The translations under genes were made by a program, and so were the position numbers. Positions 37,028-49,619 of a stretch of 64,000 nt of DNA are shown one piece after another (the first letter of the stretch is position 1; each line of letters opens with the position of its first letter). The notes under the pieces are model-generated. The model was not told the DNA's origin. It saw nothing but the letters and a program-made list of their open reading frames with translations, and did not search any database. Source of the DNA: Eutreptiella sp. 'Long Island Sound 2002' (Eukaryota; Protista; Euglenida); NCBI GenBank assembly GCA_964036045.1, contig OZ038378.1, positions 31,930,001 to 31,994,000 on the forward strand, in the 5' to 3' direction.

Positions 37028-37399
37028 CAGCTGTACATATTGCTCATGTAATGCAAAGTTGCATTTCTTTCTATTTTTCAATTTTTTGTACAATTTACAT
37101 GACTTGCCGCTAAAAAAAAAATACACGCGTTGACCGCAAAGAAAACAAAATGTTTTTATGATCTACACGGGTTACCGCAAAAGAATTTACACACAGTTAC
37201 CGCAAAAAAACATTACACAACTACACCATTTTTTTTTAGCACGAGTAACATTTTTCACGTTCTAGCATGCCTCCCCCATGGTCTCTACTGAAAGTGATTT
37301 GAAAAATTTCCCCTCAGGTTTCAGATAGTGTCGCATTTTCTAACTCTTTTTTTGCCTAGTTTTTTGCTGAGGAATTTTTTTCAATTTGTTTTTACTTGA

Positions 37400-38461
37400 C
37401 GGTACCTCACCAAGAGACTCATGAATTCGGTGTAGCAAGACGGAAAGGAACGACCGTCGACATCCATGGTATTGGGCTTTCCAAAGTTGGAGCACGTGAA
37501 CGACATGCCGTCGAAACCACAGTGGGATGTATTGGCTGATGGCCGTCCGGCATAGGGCGTCAATGGGGATACCTCCGGTTCCTACAGAGGTTGCGTGCCG
37601 AAAGGAGTGGGCTGCGTCCAAGGGCCATGCCTTTCCTTTCCTAGATGGAGCGCCATGGTCCACCACATTGTGGAGCCCCTGGGCCCCCTCTGCGAATGAT
37701 GTTGAGCAGCCAATTGTCCACCCAAGCCACCCGCTTGTAGCGATGTACAGCAATGTTGTGGACGCAATTTGGATGGTGGTTCACGATGCCACCGAGCTAT
37801 ATGGTGTGTAGTAACAGGTTCCGGACATACACCACAGTTTGGACTCTGACTTGCTGTAGGGAGTACCCATGAACTTTGGGGACACCACGGTACTTCGAGA
37901 GGAAGCTGTCCATTGGATCTAGGCAATGGCCAACATATTTAACGTATGGAGTGGTGGATTGTTGTACCGCCAAAAATTTGGCGAAAATTTGGACGTTAGA
38001 GAGCCTTACGTGACTGCATGCAACTGGTCCTGCAGACATGGTCACACGGCTAGGAGACATTGGTTGATAGCATGTCCCGACGTCGAACAACTCACACATG
38101 GCGGCCGTAAACCAACGAGTCAGGTGCTGCCGGGCGCGAAGGCAACATTGTTAGATAAGAAGGTAGTCCACTTCTTCCCGGCATAGGCATATTTTCATGG
38201 GTGGACGTGGTCGCAACATGGTGCCGGGTTCGCTGCACACACCCGGACGATGACATTGACGCCTTGGCGGGGATTTTGTGGAGACCAGTCACGAGGCATG
38301 GGTATGCGGTTCACCTACGGGCCATTGCGAGATTGTTTACAGATCACTTTGGCGTCACAACGAAGCGGCTCGTCGAAATGTACCTCATCAGCTTGTGCAG
38401 AAAGAGAGCTGTGCCCGTCATACTCCCTTCCTCAGTAGATAAGCAACGTTGCTTATTTTGA
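37400..38461 (+). pseudogene. Degenerate gene (~350 codons), unassigned
   Basis: ORFs 37527 and 37926 share a frame across TAG/TAA/TAG/TAG. Shifted tail 38201-38461. Confidence 0.5.
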
Positions 38462-40379
38462 TTCGGACCTACCCCCTGGCCAGGCGTTGCTTATAATGTG
38501 CACGTGCGCAGGCGACCATGTAGCGTTGCTTATTTTTTTTGGCATGGCGGCGGTTGGATTCCCGCTAGCACCGGGCAGCACGCGGTGCAGCGATCACCGA
38601 TCCCGCAGCGAGCCGGTCGTGCAGCGATCGTGCGCAGCAGAGGAGCGGTGCGCAGCAGGGCAACATTGGCCCATCTTGCGCACATTTCCAAGCCAACTCG
38701 TCATCACAACCCCCCAAGGGCAAACCCAAAGCCCGCAAAGGAAAGGACAAAACAACAAATCCTCCCAAAAAACAAAGAACAACAAGCAATCCTCCACCTT
38801 CTTTTTTCAATCCGGTTTCTAGCTCCACCTCTGTGGCAACCTCCAGCAATAGCTTCAACCCCAGCTCAAGTTACACCTCGACTAGTCTTCCTCCGCTCCC
38901 ACCTCTACCGCCTCTTGCAATATCATTGAGTAACTCATTGCTCGCGAATTTCTTTGCCATGGGTGTGGTACCACAAGTGCCAACTTTTCCAACCATGCCT
39001 CCCATGTCTTCACAAGGCTTGCAGCAGTTGATGTTCTATTTGGGTACCTTTCCAAGCCCGCAGTGAGTATGAGATGAGGCTGCAATGTGCTTCGTGTTGT
39101 GCCATTGTTAAGGGAAGCTTCGGGAAGGATTGGTTATTTGTGCATGGTTTTGAAAAAAAATTAAGATGTTAGATTTTTTTTAAGAAAAAGGGAAAAAACC
39201 AACAAAAACACCCCAAAATAATTCCATTTTGACCCCTTTTCAGCTCTCAAAAAACTCAATAAGAATCCCCCAACTCGTTAGGATTGTAGGCACTGCTTAT
39301 GTCATCGGGCACTGCTTATGTCATGGCTTGTCCCGGCGAAACTCGGGCGCTGCTTATAACGCGCACGTAGAAGCATCATCTACCGAGGAAGGGAGTAGTC
39401 TGATGCACCATCTTCGCCATTGGGGCCGTTGAAGTCATGGAATGGCTACGACCGGTTATCATGAGGAAGACTTGGAGGATGGCCGAATTCACGTTGGACG
39501 AAGCGGAAGAGGACGGACAATCCTTCGGAGGTATGGAAATACTCCGGCACATATCTCCATCACACAAGATTTGGGTGGACTAGACGGCGCGAGGGTTGGC
39601 GGTTGCGTTTTTCATTGTGTGTCTCCGAGTTGAAGATATTGTGTCAATCAGAAGGAGAGGGTTGGGAAACAAGTCATGTAGGTTCCGTGCAGTCAAAAAG
39701 GTCGACGACTCTTCATCTTAAAACTCAGCCTCTACAGGGCGGCTTGGGTGGGAAAGATCAAGAAGTTTGGAAGCATTGGAGAGCGTGGGGCACCCATCAT
39801 ATGTACACAAGGGAGGACTCGCGACGTTTGGAGTGCCCCAACATCCCCACCACCATCCCACGTCGATTTGCACTCGTAGCCACTTGGCGAGGGCAATACC
39901 AATGCGCTGAAAGCAGTGTGCCTCACACTCCGCACCCAAAATGGCCTCCGCAACACATTGCTCCCAGGCAAAATACATGTCTCGACCTCCAAACTTCATA
40001 TTCACAACAGAGTGCACCTTGCCATGGCCTTTTTGGGGTAAGGCAGTCAAAGGAAAACACAGTAATACCTAGGCTCTATGGGCCCCGGCCGTTTGCAAAT
40101 ACCTCATGAAGTGCGAGGTGGCATACGGAGGAGAGGCGAGGGATGCTGCTTAGGCCGTTGGAGCGAAGCAATAATGACTCAATTTGCAAACTTCTTTGAT
40201 TTCTGTAGAGGCCGATCCGAGGTTTGTGCAAAAGCCTGACTCGAGCGTTCGGAGGCGCTGTGGAGGTAACGTAGAAACCAGCACCGCACGACATCGCCAA
40301 CCTAGAGGTGGGTAGTTGGTGGCGATGGTGGTGGAGTAATAAACAATGGATTTCCCGGGTTGACGTCTCCGTCCGCATG

Positions 40380-41570
40380 GTCTTGCGTCGGTTTGTCCCT
40401 CCGGAAATGCTGGAGTTGGGTCTACTCTTGTTGGATGTGCTTGCGTAATTGGCTGCCAAGCAATGCCCACGGCCATTATGCAACCAACCACTTTCTTAGA
40501 GGTGTTCAGATTTATTATAATGACATCCTATTTGTAGGTTGTGGGCGCTCCCGTGTACAAAGGGACACAAACTCTAGGATAAGTGTGGTTTGTGTATTGG
40601 GGCCGTTGTCAGTTCCAAGAGCACCTTGTCGCCAATCGTGTGTATCGAATGGATTGATTGGACTTTTTCATTGGCCGTGGGCAACACTCTTTGGATCTCC
40701 AATGAAATGGGCGTCATTGTTTGCCCCATGGATTGTTTGTCCACCGTCATTTTGCCCATGCAAGCGTTTGTTGCGCATGGCACGCTGCATTAGATAGGCC
40801 TGACCATAGTGCCGGGTGGTGCCATTTTTTGGCCCCATTGTGGGCCCACAACATCATGTGGGGTTCGTTGCGTTTTGGTTTTATCCTCCTTAACCTCTTG
40901 CACGACATTATTGCCCCAAGTGTTTTTGCTTCACGCACGTGGGATGTACCGGTGTTGCGTCGGTTGCTGTCGAAGTGGCAGCTGTTGAGTTCCTTTGATG
41001 GGGCATGGCATAGGGTCGGGTGGCGAATGGCACCTTGGTTACCAAAGATGGGGAGGTGGAATGAAAGTAGTCCCCTATAAGTATTGCAACTTGTAGCTGG
41101 TGCAACTATATGCTTTTAAGCTTATTTTGAATGTTCGAAATTGGGTGGGCAGTTGCTTCACTAATGGGCGGTATTTGTGCTTGTTTGCAAATTTTGCCAA
41201 TGCTAAAGCAATTGTTGGGCTTGAACGAAGTGGTACGCCCTGTAATGCATTCTTGGTTTCGTTGTATTTGTCCACCGCATTTGTACTTGATGCCCAGTGA
41301 ATGAAGTTTTGCAGACTGGTGGAGAAGACTACAGTTGGGATATCATGGTGACGTCATATTGGCGCAGATTGTGGGTGAAATTTTTTTTCGCAAGGTGTCA
41401 CAGACGAATGGGGAATGGTTGCAGCGGGTGTGGGCATTAGGCCTACACGAGCAAGCGCCCATCGCTGGGCTGCTTGGAGCACTATCCAAAGATGAGAGCA
41501 TCTTTTACGCTGCCTTCATTTTCGTCGCATTGCTATGGTGTTTATGGACGTGCGTCTTCAAATATTCTTG
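40380..41570 (+). mobile_element. Degenerate Merlin/IS1595-like transposase
   Basis: Motifs in order: EMLELGLL..QCPRPLCNQPL..WALPCTKGH (Zn ribbon); IVGLERSGTPCNAFLV (compare VFGxxERxTxxxFLV); DIMVTSYW; VSQTNGEW..GLHEQAPIAGLLGAL (compare VNHSxGEF..GxHTxxIEGxW). Many stops and shifts. Confidence 0.55.
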
Positions 41571-42218
41571 AAGACGTGTAGCACCCGCCTACCAAGTTCT
41601 TCTTGATGTTTGCATGAAACTCCCATCCTAAAATGTCCTGACGTCTTATCGCGAATTTGTCTTGCTTTTGTTCCTCAAAATAGGAGTTTGTTATACGGAA
41701 ATTGAAGTGTTGTGGTGCATGCACACCTGTTAGTCGTTTATTTCCTTCACGTGGCTCGGTGAGCCCACCCACCCACCATTTGTGGGTGTGTCCATCTCAA
41801 TGTTCATACCAAGCGCGGACCCATCCCTGAATACCGTGACATTTTATTATGAAATATGCCGACCTGTTTTCCGCAAAGCATCATTTTGTTAGCTCCTTGC
41901 TTCGGGGAACTAGCAATGCTATCAGTGTCATTAGCCCTTTCCAAACTCCGCAATTGGGGGAACCAGTTATCATCTGCTTGCTCCACCATGTGCGATGCCA
42001 ACAAGGACTATGTAGCCATTTTGTCTCCTTCCTACATTGTGGGCCCCTCATACATCATGGGTTTTGTAGCCATTTGTGAATTCTCGTTTTTGGGCACCCA
42101 AATGAGGCACCAAAGGTGAGGGAGCCATTTCTAACTATCTTTTGTGAGGATCCCTCGTACAACATCTCATATGGAGCGTTCGTAATGGGTTGGTGGTATT
42201 GCGGCCTAACAATAACCT

Positions 42219-43075
42219 ATGTTTGTGAAACACGGCAAGGATGGTGGTATGAGTAGGCCAGAGTGCCCTTTCCTGGGCTGCAGTTGGGAATGGCGGCACA
42301 ACATGTGGCGCCACTGCGCACGGCAGCACCCTAGCCTCCTGTTGAGGGACAACTACGCCACGAAATGGGATTCGAGGGTAGAAGAGTTTATTGTCCTTAG
42401 CGAGCGAGGGGGAGGGGGCATTTTGGGACAACAAGCGGAAGACCCGATGGACAAACCCGGATGAGATACATAAGCGCAAGAGAATGCGCATCGCTGTCCG
42501 CAACACCTCCCAAGACGAGCAGCTAGAGGGGCGGGGAGGGGGGCGAGCACTTTGGCACGACCCCGGCGCCGTTCACGTGAGGAGGACAATTTTGATGTCT
42601 TGGCAGCCCCCTGGATGGGTTCCCACCAAGAACCCGCAGAGGGCGCAGGTTCAAGATCCGGACTTTTTGCCGGTTGACTCGTCGAATAGACGGGATTGTC
42701 ATCATGGTTTCCCGCACCTAAGCCGATGGTGAGTAGGTTTACGCAACAAAAGGCGTCCCAGGGTACCAAAAGGTCCCAGGAAGCCCGGGGCTCCCAGGCC
42801 TTCACCATCCTAAGGGCTCCGTCGCGAGCCCGGTCCGCTGTCTGGGTGTCAAGTACCAGTAGTTGCCCCCCCCCCCCCCATCACGTCCCTCCGCCGTTGC
42901 CGACGCCACCGCTCACCTAAAGGAGCAGGGTGTTGAGTTGTTCGCCACCCAAGTCTCCCGTGCATCCAAGAACGCCAAGACGCGCTATGGCTATGGGTTC
43001 TGTTCTACCTCACCTGATGCGGATGTCCCCTCACCTCACGCTACCTCCGACGACAAAGCACTAGATTCCGGATAA
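42219..43075 (+). pseudogene. Degenerate ORF with a C2H2-like zinc finger
   Basis: CPFLGCSWEWRHNMWRHCARQH, followed by a low-complexity region with stops. Confidence 0.45.
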
Positions 43076-43243
43076 CGCCAAGGTGGGGTGTTGACATTCT
43101 TCACGCCAGCATCCGAGTTGGCGGCATGTGGCTGCTATGGCGAGAAGTAAATTCATCAAATTGTCACTGCCCCCTGTGGCTCATGCATACATGTATCACA
43201 CGGTCGCTGTATCAGTGTGTCACTCTCCCGCTGTCTGCACATC

Positions 43244-43800
43244 GGGGGTTATTTGCCTTTTTGCCCGTAGTGCACCTATTTGGCTAGAACACAGCCCCCG
43301 CACTGCTGAGTGGTGCTAGATCACGTGCTCTGCGTTGCAAACCTGGAGTCCACGCACACCTGAGGGTGTTATGTGTGCATGAGGGCTGAGTTCATGGTAT
43401 GCAAAAGGAGTTTTGTTGATTGGGGAAAGGCCTTGGGACAACCGTGATTCACAAGTCGGACCCTCCGGGGGGTTACTCGCCTTTTTTGCCCATCGTGCAC
43501 CTACTTGGCTAGAAGGAGAACCCTTGCAATGCTACCTGATTCAAGATCACGGGGACTGTGTTGCCAACGTGGGATACACATAACCGAGGGTGTTATATGT
43601 GCATGACGGGAGGCTCCATCGAATGCAAAAGGAATTTGGTCGATTTGGTACAGGCACTCCGAGAAATGTGATGCATAAGTTGGACCCACGGCGTGATATT
43701 CGCCTTGGTACGTGTTGTGCCCTTGCCACGTGGAGTACATGCGAACGTTAGGGAGTTACATGTGCACGAGTGGACACTCCATCGCATGGAAATGAATTGG
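43244..43800. repeat. ~223-bp diverged tandem repeat (2 full copies, 1 partial), with a further partial copy at ~45795-45880
   Basis: GGGGGTTA.T.GCCTTTTTGCCC..GTGCACCTA.TTGGCTAGAA at 43244 and 43467. AACCGTGATTCACAAGT.GGACCC at ~43440 and ~45830. Confidence 0.8.
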
Positions 43801-44682
43801 GACAGGCTTGTCCTAATAGGTGCCCTGCCACGTGGTCAAATAAAAAAAACGTTGTTTTTTTCGTCCCCCCCACCCCCGCTTTCCCCCCATTTCCCGGTTT
43901 TTTTCGGGTTCTTTTTGTTTTTTTTTTACCGTTTTTGCGTGTGTGCCATTTTTTGCGGCATTCTTTGAAAAGTAGAATTTTCACAATTTGACAAAATTGT
44001 TGTTTTTTTGTTCGCATTTGGCACTGGTCTGAACAGGTTCATCAGCTTACCCCCGTCGTCCTCCTTCCTTCCTTCATTCCACTGTGTTGCAATGTCACGT
44101 CTTAGTCAACAAGGGGAATAGTGAGTGCAAAACAACAAATGTGCATGAATGGGTGAGTGGCAAGTGCACTAATGAGAAGAATGGTTGACAAGTAAGAAGG
44201 CGGTTAGTTAACAAAAGGGTATGGTGGTATTATTCGTTGTTACATGCACATGCGTTTTGTTTGACCCATGTCTCCGGATTTCCTTTGTTAGTCCATGCCT
44301 CCTGTGTGGCTACGCCCCGAAGCAGGCGGGGCACGGGCCTCATTTCCCTCCGCCCTTGGAAGCGGTTGCGCACCGATGCCAACGATGCCAGCATGAACGA
44401 GGAGGACGAACAAGAGAGAGGGGCAAAGAAGGGGCAGCAAGAGGGGGAGGGGAGGGAGGGGAAAAGCTTTTCTGTCTTGGGCATGAGCATGATGCATGGG
44501 AGGTGAGGGAACCAGACACCACTGAGTGGCCTCCGGATTTTTGAGGCGGAAATTAGTTGCTAGTTGTCTTAGCAGCCGGGCAGGTGCGCCCGCGCACAAT
44601 GTTTTTTTGTATCTGTGCAGTTTCAGTGTTTTGCCTTGTGTTTGTATGTCTGACATGTCTTCCTTGTGCCCGAAGCAGGGAA

Positions 44683-45373
44683 CAACGGTGACCATCCATA
44701 GTGCCCCCGGAAATAGCAGTGACCATCCAGATCGCCCCCGGAAATAACAGTGACCATCCAGAGTGCCCCCGGAAATAACAGTGACCACCCACAGCACACC
44801 AGGAAAGGACAACGACCATCCAGAGCACACTAGGAAATAACAGTGACCATCCAGAGCACACTAGGAAATAGCAGTGACCATCTAGAGCATATCAAGAAAT
44901 AACAGTGACCATCCAGAGCACACCAGGAAATAACAGTGACCATCCACAACACACCATGAAATAACAGTGACCATCTAGAGCACACCGGGAAATGACAGTG
45001 ACCATCTAGAGCACACCAGGAAATAACAGTGACCATCCAGAGCACACCAGGATATCACAATGACCATCTAGAGCGCCCATGGAAATCACAGTGACTATTC
45101 AGAGCGCACAAGGAAATAATAGTGAGCATCCAGAGCACACCACGAAATAACAGTGACCATCTAGCATGCACCAAGAAATACCAGTGACCATCCACAACGC
45201 CCCCGGAAATAACAGTGTCCATCCAGAGCACACGAGGAAATAATAGTGACCATCTAGAGCACACCAGGAAATAGCAGCCACTATCCAGAGCACAATAGGA
45301 AGGAACGGTGACCATCTAGAGGACACCAGGAAATAACAGTGAGCATCCAAAACACAACCGCAAATAACAGTGA
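44683..45373. repeat. 31-bp minisatellite, about 22 copies
   Basis: Unit AACAGTGACCATCCAGAGCACACCAGGAAAT, with CCAG/CTAG variants among the copies. Confidence 0.97.
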
Positions 45374-45802
45374 ACTAGGAGAACGTCTAGGCGGCAGTCC
45401 TTGGGCAAACCTACTTAAAAAAACACCCTGACTGCCGCGATACATGAATGTGCCAATGCACAACTAGCAGCACACACCAAACTAACGATTCAAAATGGTG
45501 GAAAATGCCACTTTGGGTCACAAGGCCGAAGCAACCAATCTGCAACATGGTGTTTTCTTTCTTTTTGTTTTGTGTTGTTGTTTGGTTGAGCCGTTGAGTG
45601 ACACCATTCTGTGAACCTTCAAATTGTCCTAGAAAATGCATTTGAGGTCATAGTGAAGGACAAAAACAATATTTTCCACAAAAAAAACACAAAAAACGCC
45701 AAAAAACAGTTAAAAAACCGGAAAAAACCCCCTTGTTTTCAAACTGCTGCCCACCTGCCCACAAGGGTCCGTGGACGGTGTTTTTAACAGGCTTGAATTG
45801 GG

Positions 45803-46255
45803 TTGATTTGGGAAAGGCAGTCGGAGAACCGTGATTCACAAGTTGGACCCATCTCAGGGTTGTTCGCTTTGTTCGCCTTCCATCCTCCTTCTCAGCACAG
45901 GCATGTATGGTTGACAATCAAGCCCTTGAAGGGGAGCCTAAGCCGGCCCCTAAGCCACCCATCCAAATTAGCAGCAGAGCCCGAACCCGAAGCGCTACGA
46001 AAACGGGCCCCAAAGCAGCCTGCAAGGCCACCACCAAAGCAAGCACCAAAGCAGCCAGGTGAGGCACCAAAGGAGGCACCAAAGAAACCCATGGAAGGAG
46101 CACCGAAGCAGGCACCAATGCATGGCAGAGGCAATACCAAAGGAGGCACCAAAGCGCAAGCAACTAGCATGCACCAAAGCCAGCCACGAAAGCACCCACA
46201 CCCTAGCATGAGGAGGTTGGTTGAAATCCGGGGTCAGGTTTGCCGCTTGGGGTGA
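45803..46255 (+). other. Low-complexity Pro/Lys/Ala-repeat ORF (APKQ/APKE), coding status uncertain
   Basis: Short GCACCAAAG repeats at ~46020-46160 keep the frame open. Confidence 0.3.
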
Positions 46256-47329
46256 ACGAACCTATGACTCAATCTTTGGGGGCCGCGCCGCCGAGGACGA
46301 TTGAGAGCGCTATATAGGTACGTGTATCGTTGGGCGACAGAGGCAGGGGATGGTCAAGTTCGGGCAGAGATAGGGGCTCCAAAAATGGAGACTTTTCAAA
46401 AAACCAAGTGTTGCATTGCGGGTGTTTGTGAATGTGTGCTTCTTAAATCCCTTGAATACCATCTGTCAAACACACATTGTGGAAACGTGAACACGCTGAA
46501 GCGTTTTCCTATCCAAAGTAAGAAAAATCCCTACTTTCAGTTGATTGTGTATGGCAGCGCCAAGCGAAATGGTGTGATTGGATTGGGTGGTAGGACATTA
46601 AAATTGCATGTAGTTTTGGTGAATGTGGCAAGCAAAACGTGGTTTTACAGGGGGTGAAATTTCGATTCTTCTCGTTGCCACAATTCTACCTAGCACACAA
46701 CGAAAGCACGGGCGTATGTGGTTGCAAAAAAATAGCCTGCCAATTGCTTGAATTTTCGCGTTTTGTCCCAGACTCCACCCCTACACTGTAGTGTCCGTCC
46801 CTAATTCACTTGTTTCAACGGTTGTTGGGTAGTTGCCCGGACTAACAATGGTCAAAAGTGGCTAAAAATGGGCCCGAATCAATTGCTTGGGCTACACTAG
46901 TGGTTTAAGAAGATTTGGTAAAATTGATTTTCAACCACTTTTGGACACACTGGTAAGGTGGGGGTCACAAGGGGGTGCAAGAGTGGGAAAAATGATTTCT
47001 TCGAGGTTGTGTGCAGACCACTTGGGGTGCTCAAAGGAGTGTTTGGAAGGCGATTTTGAGCGGTATTTGACCCATATTAACCCCTCCTAGGACGGTCTCA
47101 AAAACCGTTGAAATGGGCAATTTTAGGAATGGGGCAGGAGTATGGTGTGAATGTGTTGTGTTTGAATGCCGTGGATTCCTTTGGTCACCATTGCAATGAT
47201 CGATAATCATGAACGGGTTTATTTTTGACTTCAAATTGGGTGGTCAACACCCTTCAATCCCCAATGGGAGTGGTGAAGCAGCTACTGTGCATATGCTAGC
47301 GTAGGGATAAAGGGGTGAGAAACGTGCCC

Positions 47330-47600
47330 TAACACGTGCACCGTGCAAGTTGGTGGTGCCAAAAGGGCGCCGAAGGGTGTTGATAGCACGGAAATAAGTG
47401 GCAAGTGATCCCTTCATCATCATTTATCACCACAAGGATGGCCGACACATTGTGTGGCTATCAAACGCGGCATTGGAATGAGGAAGTTGAAAACATGGTG
47501 CAAAAAGGGTGCCTTTGAAGGCTGATTTTGCGGCATTTTGCGCCCGTCAAAAAAAAGGTCGTTGAGGCCACAAATGGAGTGCAAAAGCGTTTGCAATTCT
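47330..47600. repeat. Diverged interspersed repeat, partner at ~58370-58650
   Basis: Shared colinear blocks GTGCAC.GTGC, GTTGATAG, ATTTATCACCACAA, TCAAA.GC.GCA and CCC.TCAAAAA..GTTGAG. Confidence 0.7.
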
Positions 47601-49369
47601 CGAAGCTACTAGCCAGTTGTCCGGTTGATCCTTGCTTTTGGTTTCTTCCTTGGCTGCAACAATAACCACCACCTCGTACTGCCGTGTCCCCGCAACCAAT
47701 GCATCTTGGTATGGCTTTCCCTCTGGTCATCCCTCCTCCAACTCAATAATCCTTACGGCTCAGTGCACAACAAAGTGCATCACGTGGTCGGTTCATTTTC
47801 TTAGGATTGCTCCGTGGACAGCTCCCCCCTCCCAACCTTGTGCTGATGGCTCACAAGGGGGATATTGATGAACCCGTTAAGCATGAGGGCATCGCCCTAC
47901 AAGGTGCCCCACCACTATTTTTCGATGGCAACTGCCCACTCTACATTTGCGTTCAGCCAATGGGAATAGATAACAAGGTGGTGTTCATGGGTTTTTTTTT
48001 CGCTATTGGCATTGTGGTCCAAATGACTTGAATACCTTGAGGGCTCACCCAAATTTGTAAGTCCTACTTACCAAGACCACCCATATGCTAGCAGGAATTA
48101 ACAAGAAGCACCTAGATGCCACCAAGAAGGAACAACAACTATCCCTATCCACGAGGAATCAGTAGCACCCATCGCCATGCCACAAAATGTCCTAAAAATG
48201 TCGTACCACACCCTTGAACACGCAAAAAGCAAGGACCTTCGCATGGAATTATACTTCTTGATGGTACCCCGCGTCCACTTGCACCAATGTACACCTCCAG
48301 CCCCCCCTGCGCATAACCGGAACGTCGGTTTCTCCCCCTTTAGTGGGTTGGTAAAGTTGTTGCACCTTGTATTTCTAGAACTCAGGCCACGAGGGCTAGC
48401 CACCCTTTACAACGACATCACTTATTGACAGATTGGTTGTGTCTTTTTTTGACGTTTTTTTTTGGGTTATTGTCTCCACGTTATTGGCCGTTGTATAAAA
48501 AGTATGCATTTTTTGAATGTCATGTGCGTTCACAACTGCATACTCACCTTTAGGGTCTCTTTTTGGCATTTTACTAGTTCTGGGCAAATTTTGTGCCAGG
48601 TTAAGGTGAATAGCAAAGAAGGTATGCATAATTTGAGCATTTCATGAAGCTGAACGAAACTTAGGACAGACCTTCCTTTTCTCCCAAAATATATGTTCCA
48701 AAATAATTTTACTTTGTTGTGGATGAAATTTAGCCCCCCCCCCCGCATGCTCTTTCATTGTTCCCACTTTCATGGCCCCCAATCTGGTTGCCCCGATCTA
48801 CTTAGGAATTTCGGTCAAGGAGCGGTATGGGACAGAATTTGTTTGCTGCATCTCCACACACGCTGTTGTGTTGCCTGTGTTGCGTCCCCTTGATTTTTGA
48901 CTTGTAGTGCACATATTTGTGCACTGATGCCTTCGGAATCATTGACCTTTCACTCAAACACGCGTAGCCCACAGGCCCGAACCCCAAAGCCTGTGATTTC
49001 GCTTCCACCGAACAAAGGCACGACCTTGCCCCTGCTTCAGTTGGCGCTTGAGTGCCCGCACAATGGAAGTACTAGGCGTAATGTGGTTGATGTCCGTGCT
49101 GCTTGGGATCCTGTGCGTCCACCGAGATGGCTGATTGTACTGCAGAAGGGGCTGATCTCATTGTATAACGTTGTGCAGGTGCTGATATATCTTTAAGATG
49201 AGAGGGCAACTGGGGCTTCCTACTATGTCTTAGGCCATCGGACGCAAATGGGCAATGGCAGCGGAATGCACTAGCTACCCACCAACGATTTCACAGGGAG
49301 CTAATACTCAAGCTAACATCTCTCGGGGTCATTTGAGCAACAACCGATTACACTATGGTATGACAACTG

Positions 49370-49618
49370 CCCTTGGTACACGCTAGAACACCCAATCTCG
49401 TTCTGCCCTAGAACGCGCTAGAGCGGCTAGAACGAGAAAAAGAGGGGGGTACGCCGACCCATGGGTGGTATAAGGGGGCGGGGGTATGAAGGGTGCAAAT
49501 TAGACCCCTATTACCATACTAGGGGGTCCATACGTTATTTTTTAGAAAAACACATTTTTGACATGAAATTCAACAAGTACAAAAAAGCGTTCTAGGAACA
49601 TTCTAGTGGTGCTCTAGG
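49370..49618 (-). mobile_element. Truncated end of the CCCT-TIR family, cut off where the LINE begins
   Basis: TG|CCCTTGGTACACGCTAGAACACCCAATCTCGTTC. The internal block GGGTGCAA.TT.GACCCCTAT..ATACT.GGGGG matches the reverse complement of 51400-51574 and the copy at 63011. Confidence 0.85.
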
Positions 49619-49619
49619 C

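Larger units (their letters stand above)
35237..37218. mobile_element. Probable ~2-kb non-autonomous TIR element with TTACCGCAAAAA subterminal motifs
   Basis: GTGTAATTTTTTTTCGCGGTAA (35237-35258) is nearly the reverse complement of TTACCGCAAAAAAACATTACAC (37197-37218). Several TACAC..TTACCGCAAAAA copies lie at 35300-35500 and 37100-37210. No TSD found. Confidence 0.6.

Noticed and set aside
40790-40830. DHSAG.C at ~40800 as the homologue of DHSAG.C at ~5305
   Set aside because: The two sit at different positions in the inferred transposase motif order, so the match is probably chance.
44683-45373. CRISPR array (31-bp period)
   Set aside because: Head-to-tail minisatellite with no spacers.
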